This document shows, in pieces, positions 47,158 to 56,382 of a stretch of DNA of 64,000 nt (positions are counted from its first letter, which is position 1; the number at the start of each line of letters is the position of its first letter). Made by a program: the position numbers and the translations under genes. The notes under the pieces were generated by a model, which saw only the letters and a program-made list of their open reading frames with translations, made no database searches and was not told the origin of the DNA. The stretch comes from Pseudomonadota bacterium (GTDB taxonomy: Bacteria > Pseudomonadota > Gammaproteobacteria > Pseudomonadales > UBA5862), in NCBI GenBank assembly GCA_034189125.1, contig JAXHVB010000018.1, positions 775 through 64,774 of the forward strand, read 5' to 3'.

Positions 47158-48116
47158 AACCAGGACTTCCGCTGTTTTGCAAATCGCGCCGCCGCCAGGG
47201 CAACGGGGTCAATCGGTGAGTCGGTATGCAGGGCAACCACGTCATAGTGCCAGTTGCTGTCGTGCGCATCTGAGAGGCACAGCTGCGCGAGCTGCTCCAC
47301 CGCAGGGGCGTCATAGCCTGTCATGGGGTGGCTGAAGTCGCCGTACTTTGAGAACCAGAGAAAACGGTCATAGCCAAGTGCAGTGAGCAGTTCGAAGTGC
47401 TCCGTCCAAGAGTTTTCAGTCTGTTTGCAGAAAAAGGGATCCCACTCGAAGATTACTGCAGGATGCCAGGTCTTGAGCAGCTTGCGGCTACCGCCAAGTA
47501 CCTTGCCGTCAAACCCGTCGACGTCGACCTTAAGTATGTCGACCTGTCCGGTGTTTTCAGGCGATACGATCAGGTCCAAGGGCACCGCGTCTTCCGTCGC
47601 TTGCCCCTGGGCACTGGCGGTGCCCGGATGCGTACGCACCAGCGAGGGCACTTGACCGCTTCCGTCCGAAAGCATGTGCTGCACCAAGCGGACCCGAGGG
47701 TCGCCCGCTAGGTTCGCGCTCAGGTAGGCGAAAAACCCTGGATCGCCCTCGACACAGACAAATCCGGCGACCTTGTCGCCGCAGTTTGCCTGCAGCAGCC
47801 TCACGGTGTCGCCGACACTTGCGCCCACATCCACCAGGTGCACGGGTCGTTGGTGGGCCACATGGGCCTGATGGGTCAGCTCGACCAGGGGGTTGTTCCA
47901 GCGCGAAAAACGCCGAGCGTACAGTCCATAGCTGTGGCCGAAATTCACCAGTGTGCGTTGTCCGTGCATGTTGGTGGAAACCGTGGTGCCGTCGAACCGT
48001 GCGAGTCCCTGGTGCCACGCCCAGCGCCAGATGCGTCCGCGCACCGGGTGCTGTTGCCATTGATGTCGCTGCAGGCACTGGTTGTACAGCAGCGAAGCCC
48101 ATTTGTGATCGTGCAT
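47154..48116 (-). CDS. FkbM-family SAM-dependent methyltransferase
   Basis: 'HLVDVGASVGDTV' (SAM motif I) and 'DILKVDVDGFDGKVL'. The internal ATG at 48116 lies 14 nt after the stop of the upstream gene. Confidence 0.8.
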   Translation of the reverse strand: MHDHKWASLLYNQCLQRHQWQQHPVRGRIWRWAWHQGLARFDGTTVSTNMHGQRTLVNFGHSYGLYARRFSRWNNPLVELTHQAHVAHQRPVHLVDVGASVGDTVRLLQANCGDKVAGFVCVEGDPGFFAYLSANLAGDPRVRLVQHMLSDGSGQVPSLVRTHPGTASAQGQATEDAVPLDLIVSPENTGQVDILKVDVDGFDGKVLGGSRKLLKTWHPAVIFEWDPFFCKQTENSWTEHFELLTALGYDRFLWFSKYGDFSHPMTGYDAPAVEQLAQLCLSDAHDSNWHYDVVALHTDSPIDPVALAAARFAKQRKSWF

Positions 48117-48130
48117 GACAGTCCGATGGA

Positions 48131-49468
48131 TTACTGGTGAGTACGCAGGCGCCAGAGGAGCTGGCGGTCCAGGCGTTGGCGAAGGCCGCGAACGGCGTAG
48201 CGCACTGGGCCCTGGCGAAAACGCACATAGGCTTCGCGCACCTGCGAGATGGCCTCTGGAGAGAGTTTTGCGGGTTGGCCACGAAACTCGTGTTCGGCCC
48301 AAAGGGCCGCGAGTTCGTCCACGAAGCGCGCCTGCTCGGCGCGCTCAAGGTAACTGCGGGCCTGCTGTTTTGCCCGGGCGCCGAGCGCTTCACGCAGGGC
48401 TCGGTTGGCGCCGAGCCGCAGCATCCAGGTCGCGGCGTGTTCGATGTCGGGTGCGGCCCAGGTGGCATTGCGCCCGGCGAAGTCCGGCGTGTAGCAGTCA
48501 AGTTCACCGTCCACGGTGCGGTGTCTGTAGGTCACCAGTGCGGCGCTTTGGTGGTCCATAAAGGAAAGGTTTCCGGACCAACCGGTGGCGATCACGGGTT
48601 TGCCGAGCGCCATGGCTTCAAGCATGCCAAGCCCGAGACCCTCCGCACTGTGCAGTGACACGAAGACATCGCAGTTGGCGTAGAGCGCCAGCACCTCGGG
48701 GTAGGGCAGGCGCGCGTCGACCAAGTGGACACCTGGCGCCTGGTTGCACCGGTCGATGACCTGTTGCGCCAGTGGGTGCACCTGTCCGTTGTGGCGGCTG
48801 TTGTTCAGCTTGACGACCAGGTTGGCTTCAAGCCCCTGCTCGCGGGCGCGCTCGAAGGCGTGGATGGCAGCGAAGGGGTTTTTCCTCCGAGGGTCGCTGG
48901 TCGGCTCCACGATGGTGACAAGCAGGGGGGTCTGCTCAGGCAATCCGAAATCGGCGCGGCGAACCGACGCTGCGGGCTCAACCTGCAGCGGGTGGGGGGC
49001 GTACACAACCGGCACCTGGTCCAGGTGGTTGCGCAAACTGCTCTCGATGAACCTTGACCCCGCAATGAGCGCATCGAACGTCTGCAGCGCGAGACGCCAG
49101 TGCCTCGGGATTTCATCCAGTTCCCACCAAAAAAATCCAACGTTGTAGCGGCTTTCGAACAGTGCTCGGTGCTCAAAGAGCAGTTCTGGTAGGGCGTTGA
49201 CGGGGAGAATGGCGAGGTTGATGGGGTGCGGCAGTTTATTTGCGTCCTCGCACAGCAAGTCGGCGTACTCGGTGTCGTGTCCGCCGCGGCCGAACCCCGG
49301 GTTCATGTCGTAGGCAGATACGGGGATCCCCCGGCTTTTCAGCACCCGGATGAAGTTTCGCGCCGTGACCCCCATTCCGGCGTTGGCGGTAACCATGCCG
49401 ATGAGATTCACCCCGGGGAGTCGCGGTTCGCTTGGGTTTGGGGTCAGCGGCGGATTCGCAGGGGCCAC
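48131..49468 (-). CDS. glycosyltransferase family 4-like
   Basis: 'SLHSAEGLGLGMLEAMALGKPVIATGWSGNLSFM'. GTG start at 49468; a later ATG is also possible. Confidence 0.75.
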   Translation of the reverse strand: MAPANPPLTPNPSEPRLPGVNLIGMVTANAGMGVTARNFIRVLKSRGIPVSAYDMNPGFGRGGHDTEYADLLCEDANKLPHPINLAILPVNALPELLFEHRALFESRYNVGFFWWELDEIPRHWRLALQTFDALIAGSRFIESSLRNHLDQVPVVYAPHPLQVEPAASVRRADFGLPEQTPLLVTIVEPTSDPRRKNPFAAIHAFERAREQGLEANLVVKLNNSRHNGQVHPLAQQVIDRCNQAPGVHLVDARLPYPEVLALYANCDVFVSLHSAEGLGLGMLEAMALGKPVIATGWSGNLSFMDHQSAALVTYRHRTVDGELDCYTPDFAGRNATWAAPDIEHAATWMLRLGANRALREALGARAKQQARSYLERAEQARFVDELAALWAEHEFRGQPAKLSPEAISQVREAYVRFRQGPVRYAVRGLRQRLDRQLLWRLRTHQ

Positions 49469-49471
49469 CGG

Positions 49472-50728
49472 TCAATCCTGGTCCTGGTCGACTTGGGAGA
49501 GGGCCCATTCGGTCGGAAGCGGAACAAAGCCAAACTCCCCGTTGCGGGCCCGGCTCTGCCCGTCGGCGAAACCCACGGTCACTGGGCAGAGATTTTCGGC
49601 GTAGTACGCCATGCTCGGTGGACTTCCGTGGGAGACCGCGAGCCGAAATGAATACACCCCGGGAAGAAATGGAAAATGCTGCACGCGCGCGTGCATCCGG
49701 TAGTCTCCGGGCTCAAGTGTCCCCGGACTGAATTCGCCTTCGGTGTCGGTGCTCGCCAAGTACAGCAGGTCCGTGGTGTGGACGCCGAGCCCGACGATGA
49801 GGTTGTCCGTGGTTGCCCGGATTCGCAGGTCGATCGCGAGCCGGGTCGCCCCATCGTAGTCCACCTGATCGGTGGCCACGCCTTCGGCGTCCACCAATTT
49901 GACACCGAGAACCTGGATTTGATCGGCGTCGCCTCCGAGTTGGTTGTTGGCACCCTGGCGCGCGACCGATTGTTTGATTTTTTCGTCGCTGCGTTGATAG
50001 AACAGGTTGCACACAGTTCGCGCATCGTCGTCAGCCACGACCTGTCCCCTGTCCAGAAGGACGACGCGGCTGCACAGTCGCTCGACTTGCCGCAAGTTGT
50101 GGCTGACCAAAATCACCGTTTTGCCCTGTCTCTTGATCAGTTCTTCCATTCGGTCAAAGCATTTGCGCTGAAATGCAATGTCACCCACGGCGAGGACCTC
50201 ATCGACGATGAGGAGGTCGGCATCCATGGACGTCGCGATGGCGAAGCCAAGGCGTACCTGCATGCCCGAGCTGTAGCGCTTCACAGGGGTGTCGATGAAC
50301 TGTTCGATCTCAGCAAATTCAATGATGCCATCGAGTTGCTCGCGGGTGCGTGCCTTGGGAATTCCGAGGATGGCGCTGTTCAGAAAAATGTTTTCCCGGC
50401 CAGTGAGTTCTGGGTTGATCCCTGCGCCCACTTCGATCAATGGGGCAACACTGCCATGCACCGACACCGACCCGCTGGTGGGTTGAGTGATGTTGGCCAG
50501 GTGTTTCAGGAGAGTGCTCTTGCCCGCGCCGTTCGACCCGATGATGCCGACCACCTCTCCAGAGGAGATGTGCAGGTTGATGTCCTGCAAAGCATAAAAC
50601 CGCTCGCGCTCCTTCACCGGACGACCGCTGAGTTTTCCAAAGGCTCGGGCCGCGGTTCCACGAATTCCGGCAATCTGTCCGAGCCGGTACTCTTTGTAGA
50701 GGTGGTCCACCTCGACAATCGATGACAT
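49472..50728 (-). CDS. wzt: polysaccharide ABC exporter ATP-binding protein (Wzt/TagH type) with C-terminal extension
   Basis: Walker A 'GSNGAGKST', signature 'YSSGMQVRL', Walker B 'LLIVDE'. About 170 extra C-terminal residues (about 49475-49981) have a beta-rich pattern like Wzt carbohydrate-binding domains. Confidence 0.9.
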   Translation of the reverse strand: MSSIVEVDHLYKEYRLGQIAGIRGTAARAFGKLSGRPVKERERFYALQDINLHISSGEVVGIIGSNGAGKSTLLKHLANITQPTSGSVSVHGSVAPLIEVGAGINPELTGRENIFLNSAILGIPKARTREQLDGIIEFAEIEQFIDTPVKRYSSGMQVRLGFAIATSMDADLLIVDEVLAVGDIAFQRKCFDRMEELIKRQGKTVILVSHNLRQVERLCSRVVLLDRGQVVADDDARTVCNLFYQRSDEKIKQSVARQGANNQLGGDADQIQVLGVKLVDAEGVATDQVDYDGATRLAIDLRIRATTDNLIVGLGVHTTDLLYLASTDTEGEFSPGTLEPGDYRMHARVQHFPFLPGVYSFRLAVSHGSPPSMAYYAENLCPVTVGFADGQSRARNGEFGFVPLPTEWALSQVDQDQD

Positions 50729-50742
50729 GGGCTGGAAGTCCT

Positions 50743-51561
50743 TCAGATGACGTCGGCGAACCAGGCTTCGGCACGCTTAAAGAAAAGATAGCTGAGCGGT
50801 AGCAGCAGCAGGGTCAGCACGAGCCCTGGAGACAAGGTGGACCAGTCCGGTGGCAGTCCTTTCAGAAGAACGCGCTGAAAGTTGTCGATGATGCCCGCCA
50901 GGGGGTTGCAGAGGTACAGCGTGTACAAGCGATCCGACCAGTCGCCGGCCGCTTGCTGTACCACGAGCTTCTCGCGCACCAGCGAAAGCGGATAGATGAC
51001 CGGCGAAGTGTACATCAACAGCGACAGCACGACGGGCAGCATTTGTCCGACGTCGCGGTAGTACACGTTCATCGCGGCGCCGAAAAAACTGACAACCAGC
51101 GCTACCAGCATGGTGTAGCCGATGATCAGTGGCACCCAGAGTGCCTGGGCTGTCGGCAGCATCTGGTAATAGACCATCATGGCGGCCAGGATGAGGAAGC
51201 TGATCGCGAGTTCTACCGTTTTGGTCACCATGGCGGTCAGCGGAAACACCTCCCGTGGGAAGTAGATCTTTTTGATCAGAGGGGCATTGCCGGTGACGCT
51301 GTTGATGCCTTCCGAGGCCGACTCCTGAAAGAAGATCCACGGCAGCAGTGCTGCAAAGGTAAGGATGGGATAGGGCACGTCGCCACTTTCAATGCCGACG
51401 AACCCTTTGACGACGGTAAAGATCAGCATGAGCACCACGGGTTTGAGCACCGCCCAGGCAATACCGAGGTACGCTTGCTTGTAGCGCACTGAGATGTTTT
51501 TCCACGCCAGTGCACCGATCAACTCTCGGTAGTGGTACAGCCCTTGAATCGATTTGATCAT
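50743..51561 (-). CDS. wzm: polysaccharide ABC exporter permease (ABC-2/Wzm type)
   Basis: 272 aa, six predicted TM helices, with 'NISVRYKQAYLGIAWAVLKP' typical of ABC-2 permeases. Confidence 0.85.
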   Translation of the reverse strand: MIKSIQGLYHYRELIGALAWKNISVRYKQAYLGIAWAVLKPVVLMLIFTVVKGFVGIESGDVPYPILTFAALLPWIFFQESASEGINSVTGNAPLIKKIYFPREVFPLTAMVTKTVELAISFLILAAMMVYYQMLPTAQALWVPLIIGYTMLVALVVSFFGAAMNVYYRDVGQMLPVVLSLLMYTSPVIYPLSLVREKLVVQQAAGDWSDRLYTLYLCNPLAGIIDNFQRVLLKGLPPDWSTLSPGLVLTLLLLPLSYLFFKRAEAWFADVI

Positions 51562-51647
51562 GGCCGGATCTCAGAGTCAGGCCTTGCAGCGGGTCCATGG
51601 CCCCAGGCTTCTGGAGGTGTGGCCGTTGAGTTCATTCGGAGAAATCC

Positions 51648-52676
51648 TTAGTCCCTGCTGTCGGTTGTCTTTCTGGGCATCGTGAGTGCATACCGCACTG
51701 CGAGCTTCAATTGGCTGACCGTGGCTCGGAGCCGAAAGGCTTGCCACAGGGCGGCCCAGCCATTTGCCCAGTCGTGTGTGCGCAGTTGATAGGCGCGGGT
51801 GAACAGCAGCTGCGATTGGTGGCGCCGCAGCGCCGATTCCCGTCTACGCCACGTTTGCTGTGTGTCGCGTACGGCCTCTAACAGGTTAGCACCTGCGAGA
51901 ATTTCGTTGTGCACCTGACGGCGCTGAGCCGCTGCGACGGACAGACCCTCGGGCCAGCCGAAATTCTTGCCGTGTATCCGCCAGTGGTTGATGGGGACGC
52001 GAGTGACCGCCAGCGCGCACAGCGCCGCGGCTTTCTTGGTCCAGGTGGATTCGCTGAACAGGCTGTATTCGTCGAACGGGCCGATGACATTCCAGGCGCC
52101 ACGGCGTGCGGCAGGTCGCTGAAAATCGATGGGTACCCGTGGGATCAGCGCATCGAACAGGCTGTGGTCGAACAGCCAGAGGGGCCCGCTTGGTCGAGGC
52201 GGGGCCGCCTGAAAGAGCGCATCCATCGCGGCCTTGCGGCTGGCGGCGGGTCCCTCAGCGTAGGGTCCAAAGGGTTCAACACCCATGAAGATACAGTCCA
52301 GGTGCGGGTGTGTGCTGAAGCCCTCGGCGATCACTTCCAGCGCGTCTTCGGTCAGCAGGTCGTCGTCGTCCAGCAACACAATGACTTCACCCTGCGCCGC
52401 GCGAATCCCCGCGTTCTTGGCGCTTGGGACCCCCAAGGCAGTTTGGTGGTGGATCAACTGAAGCGGGCCTGAAAACGTCCCCTCAATCGCCTGTCGGTCA
52501 ACGGGGGGGGAGGACCCGTCGTCCACCACAACCAACTCGACGGTGCCGAGTGTCTGGGCAGCAACGCTGGCCACGGCTTCGAGCAGCAGGTCCGCGCGGT
52601 TGTGGGTGGGAATGACGACAGAGATCAGCACCGCGATGCCCCGGCTGCTCCCGTCGCATTGTGCAGTGGTGTGCAT
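51648..52676 (-). CDS. glycosyltransferase family 2
   Basis: The internal ATG at 52676 gives 'ISVVIPTHNRADLLLEAVASVAAQT'. 'VVDDGSSP' and 'LLDDDD' are also present. Confidence 0.85.
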   Translation of the reverse strand: MHTTAQCDGSSRGIAVLISVVIPTHNRADLLLEAVASVAAQTLGTVELVVVDDGSSPPVDRQAIEGTFSGPLQLIHHQTALGVPSAKNAGIRAAQGEVIVLLDDDDLLTEDALEVIAEGFSTHPHLDCIFMGVEPFGPYAEGPAASRKAAMDALFQAAPPRPSGPLWLFDHSLFDALIPRVPIDFQRPAARRGAWNVIGPFDEYSLFSESTWTKKAAALCALAVTRVPINHWRIHGKNFGWPEGLSVAAAQRRQVHNEILAGANLLEAVRDTQQTWRRRESALRRHQSQLLFTRAYQLRTHDWANGWAALWQAFRLRATVSQLKLAVRYALTMPRKTTDSRD

Positions 52677-52722
52677 GGGCCCTGGTGGAGGCTTCGGTGT
52701 TGTGGCGTTTGTCTGGGGTGCA

Positions 52723-53526
52723 TCAGTCGAACCAGCGGACCCGAGCTGGCAACTGGGTTTGCGCCAAAGCACCAGCCTTCAGGGCCTGCGCCAGCCGGCG
52801 TTCGGCCCGCCATGTGCGGTCCCTGACTTGGTACAGCGTGCCTTTTTCGGTTTGCGCCTGCCCCAAGGGCTGGGAGGCACCCAGCCGCTCCAGGACTTCG
52901 GTATAGGCCGTGGCGCTGTCGCGCACGGCGCGCCAGAAGAGTTCCAGTTCAGTGTCGTTCGGGCGCACTTCAGGGCAGACATGGGCGATGAGGTCGCCGG
53001 TGTCGATTCCTGCATTGATGAAGTGCAGCGTGCAGCCCACCTGCTCCGGCTCGCCATTGTGCAAGGCCCAGAACGTGCAATCCGCACCGCGGTAGTGGGG
53101 CGAGAGACCGCCGTGGAGGTTCACGATCCCCAGCCGGCCGAGGGTGAGCAAGTCGCCTTTGATGAGGGATGTGCCGAACACTGCGATCAGGTCCGGGTCC
53201 AGGGCGCGAATGCGTTCAACCAGGTCCGGGTGGTTGATGTGCGGAACACCCACCCGCAAATCGGGCCGGTTAAGTGCCGGAGAGGTATTGGGGAAGAAGA
53301 ACTCGGCTTCGGCGTTGCCGGTGTAGCGCCGCCGATCGCGCAGCCAGCGCCACGCCTTGCGGCCGAGGCTCGCGGGCTTGAGTTTCTTGCGCAGGGCAGG
53401 CCAGTCCAGGGCCGTGCCGGTCTCCTGCACAATGGCCTGGACATCGGCGTGTTCGCACAGCCGATTCGCCACGTACAGGTGGCGCGGCGCCTGACCGCAG
53501 AGAATCACCAAACGCAGTTCAGCCAT
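52723..53526 (-). CDS. formyltransferase-family protein
   Basis: Formyl_trans_N motifs 'IVNLHGGLSPHYRG' and 'INAGIDTGDLI'. At 267 aa it has no C-terminal Fmt domain. Confidence 0.8.
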   Translation of the reverse strand: MAELRLVILCGQAPRHLYVANRLCEHADVQAIVQETGTALDWPALRKKLKPASLGRKAWRWLRDRRRYTGNAEAEFFFPNTSPALNRPDLRVGVPHINHPDLVERIRALDPDLIAVFGTSLIKGDLLTLGRLGIVNLHGGLSPHYRGADCTFWALHNGEPEQVGCTLHFINAGIDTGDLIAHVCPEVRPNDTELELFWRAVRDSATAYTEVLERLGASQPLGQAQTEKGTLYQVRDRTWRAERRLAQALKAGALAQTQLPARVRWFD

Positions 53527-54709
53527 GCTTGCCCTCGGTGCCCTGCAGGCGGTTGTCGAGCATCAGCGCGTCGGCAAAGAACTTGGCCGCCCAGTTGGGA
53601 AATTCGAACCGCGAATAGTCTCCCCAGAAGGGTGCGGAACCGGCAATGGCGCCGTCGTCAAAGCGCCCGTCGCCGGTGCGACGTTGGTGGCGCTTGAGGT
53701 AGTCGAGCCCGCGGTCGACGGCGTCCTGGAAGGTCTGGTTGGCACGCCGCTCGATCAACCTGGACCAAATGATGCACATCTGAGCCAGCCCGGTCAGGCA
53801 CACGTAGTTGGCGCGCGGGCGCCATTGGTCATCCAGGGTGCCCGCGAGTGCACCGTTCTGAGGAAGGGCAGCGGCGACCGCGACCGCACTGCGCTCTGCG
53901 GCCGAGATCAGGTGGGTATCCTCCAGCAGCAGGCCCGATTCCAGCACTCCACGAATCGCATAGGCGATGGTGTGGGTAAAGGGAACGGCGCCGACTGTGA
54001 AGGCGTTGTTCGCGAACCAGCCTGCCGGGTTTTGCTGACTGAGTGCCCAGGCGAGGTTGCGCTTGGCGCCTTCAATCAGGGCGGGCTCTCCGGCCAGTAG
54101 TCCAGTTTGCAGCAGTGCCCAGGCGGCTCTGGTGTTGTAGGTGTGCGCAATTCCGTTGTGCACCGAGCGGCGCCAGCAGCCGTCTTCATCCTGCTGCGCG
54201 AGCATCCAGCGCCCGGCGCGCACCGCGGCGTCCAGGCAGCCCTGGTGCTGGAGTTGCCGATGGCCATGGTTCAGGCCATGCATGATCTGTCCGGTGTTGA
54301 AAATCACCGGTCGGCTGCCCGGCTCGCCGAAGTGGCCGGGGAATGCGCCGTCTGCATGCTGCAGGCTCAGCTCCCAGTCGAGGATTCTGCGCGCCCGCTC
54401 AACCAGATTCGGTCGATCGAGTACCTCGGCTGCCTGCAAGAAGGTTTCGACAATGTAGCCACTGGTTTCCGGATAGCTTGGCAGCCAACCGTCTTCGAAA
54501 CTCCATCCGGCGGATACACCGCCCTCATCGGCGCAGCCCTGACGCACGTCTTGAGCGCGACACAACCAATCGATTGCTGCGATCAAGTGGGGCAGGTGTT
54601 GTGGATCTGCCTTGTTGTCGATTTTCAGGGCGCTTTGCGCAATGAGGCCCAAATGCACCGGAGACCAAAGGCGGTAACGCAGCGGAGCCTGTACGATTTT
54701 CTTCAGCAT
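53519..54709 (-). CDS. prenyltransferase/terpenoid-cyclase-like (alpha/alpha)6 repeat protein
   Basis: Four spaced Q-x-x-(D/A)G-x-(W/F)-type repeats: 'LQHADGAFPG', 'AQQDEDGCW', 'SQQNPAGWF' and 'HQRRTGDGRF'. 396 aa. Overlaps the formyltransferase gene by 8 nt. Confidence 0.55.
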   Translation of the reverse strand: MLKKIVQAPLRYRLWSPVHLGLIAQSALKIDNKADPQHLPHLIAAIDWLCRAQDVRQGCADEGGVSAGWSFEDGWLPSYPETSGYIVETFLQAAEVLDRPNLVERARRILDWELSLQHADGAFPGHFGEPGSRPVIFNTGQIMHGLNHGHRQLQHQGCLDAAVRAGRWMLAQQDEDGCWRRSVHNGIAHTYNTRAAWALLQTGLLAGEPALIEGAKRNLAWALSQQNPAGWFANNAFTVGAVPFTHTIAYAIRGVLESGLLLEDTHLISAAERSAVAVAAALPQNGALAGTLDDQWRPRANYVCLTGLAQMCIIWSRLIERRANQTFQDAVDRGLDYLKRHQRRTGDGRFDDGAIAGSAPFWGDYSRFEFPNWAAKFFADALMLDNRLQGTEGKHG

Positions 54710-54742
54710 AAGGGGCGCGGCTTGTGGCTAAGGAAGTTCAAT

Positions 54743-56137
54743 TCAAGAGGCGCTTGTGGTGGATTCAGCGGTGGGAATGGCCACTTGGCTGACCACGTAG
54801 CGGTACTTCCCGGAAGCTTCGGCCTTGATCTGGTCAAGGTAGCAGATTTCCACATCCACTCGTTCGTCCAGGCGCCTGTGGATCTCTGATCGCAGGCGTT
54901 GCTCTTGCTCTTGGCGTGCCCGGTTCCAGGTTTCGTTGACCACCAGCTCAACGGTCAGGCGATCGATGTCGTGCTGCAGGATACGGAACTCAGCAACTCC
55001 GTCCAGTGCCCTGACCACGTAGATGAGTGCCAGAGCGTGCATGATGGTGCCGTCTCGACGCACAATGAAGTCGGTCTGGCGCCCAGCCACCTCTTCGATC
55101 ACGTGAAGGCCACGCCCGGCCGAGCAGGGCGCAGACCCCAGCCGCACCATGTCACCGGTGCGGTAGCGAACAAATGGTTGGGCATTGGAGCACAGTCCAG
55201 TCATGACAGCTTCTCCGAGTTCACCGTTCGCAACGGGATTTCCCTGCGGGTCCAGCACTTCGAGGACGATGCTTTCACTCATGAGTAGCATTTGCCCCTG
55301 TGGAGATTCATGGGCGGTGAAGCCGATGTCTCTACTGCCGAATTCATTGGCGACCGGAGCCTGAAAACACGACTGGATCAAGGAGCGCTGTTGGGGGTCC
55401 AAAGGCTCGCCTGTGGTGCAGACCACCTTGAGGTCAGGCAGATGCAGCTGGACGCCGCGGTTCTCTGCGTGCGCTGCGATCAGAGCCAAGCTGCTGGCGT
55501 ACCCATAGATGCAGTGGGGTCGGTAGCGCCCGATCGCGTCCAGGTACTCGTCCATGGCTGCGACGGACATCTCGAATGCATTGAGGACCAGCTGGTTGAG
55601 AGCGCGGTCTCGGAGTTGTTTCACGCGGTCGGTTTTGTTGAGTTCAACCGGTGCACCCCACAGGTATACCTCACGTTCTCCAGGCTGCACGCCCCACCAG
55701 CGCCGCGCCCGCATGCGACCCGCGGCATCGGATGCTTGGCGTTGGCGGCCAAAGTAAAAAATCAATGGCTGACCGGACGAGCCGCCAGTGTTGTACTTTT
55801 GGCTTCCCCCGGGCACCTTGGGCCAGTGAAGACCTTCACGGTTTTCGTTGGCTTCGGCCTTGGTCATGGTGGGCAGCAGCTTGAGTTGTTCGATGGAAAA
55901 GTCGTTGATCGCTCCAGGGTTGGACAACCCAGCCTGTTCGAGCCGGGCTCGATGCCATGGGCAGTGGTGCCAGGCGGTGTCGAGCAGGGCCTGCAATTTT
56001 CTGCTTTGCAGGTCCTCGATCTCCTGTCTTGCCCACCACTGACTGGATTCAAGCTCGCGCAAATAGCCGAAAGTCGGCCGCTTCATTGCCCATTCGTGGA
56101 GCGGGTAGAACAGGCTGCGCGCAACCAGGGCCTTCAT
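54743..56137 (-). CDS. phenylacetate-CoA ligase / coenzyme F390 synthetase-like adenylate-forming enzyme (CapK-like)
   Basis: The internal ATG at 56137 gives 'MKALVARSLFYPLHEW'. The adenylation P-loop-like 'YNTGGSSGQPL' is present, and the C-terminal region is typical of the PaaK family. 464 aa. Confidence 0.8.
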   Translation of the reverse strand: MKALVARSLFYPLHEWAMKRPTFGYLRELESSQWWARQEIEDLQSRKLQALLDTAWHHCPWHRARLEQAGLSNPGAINDFSIEQLKLLPTMTKAEANENREGLHWPKVPGGSQKYNTGGSSGQPLIFYFGRQRQASDAAGRMRARRWWGVQPGEREVYLWGAPVELNKTDRVKQLRDRALNQLVLNAFEMSVAAMDEYLDAIGRYRPHCIYGYASSLALIAAHAENRGVQLHLPDLKVVCTTGEPLDPQQRSLIQSCFQAPVANEFGSRDIGFTAHESPQGQMLLMSESIVLEVLDPQGNPVANGELGEAVMTGLCSNAQPFVRYRTGDMVRLGSAPCSAGRGLHVIEEVAGRQTDFIVRRDGTIMHALALIYVVRALDGVAEFRILQHDIDRLTVELVVNETWNRARQEQEQRLRSEIHRRLDERVDVEICYLDQIKAEASGKYRYVVSQVAIPTAESTTSAS

Positions 56138-56382
56138 TCCTGGGTCGCCGTGACGAGGCCAACGCCGCCGCGCGACGGGTTGGATCCTCGTTGCCAAGGT
56201 GTGGACAGCGGGAGAACGAAAGAAGGCATGCGGTGAGTTCCAAGCGGCTACAAGTGACCGGTCATCGGCGGCCGGGTTGCGTGGCAGCGGGTTCGGTGTG
56301 TCTGGGTGTCCCCATAAAAATAGTAGAAGCTCGCGCCCCTCGGCTATAGTTGCATGGCTTTTCAATTATATCTGCAGAGTGT

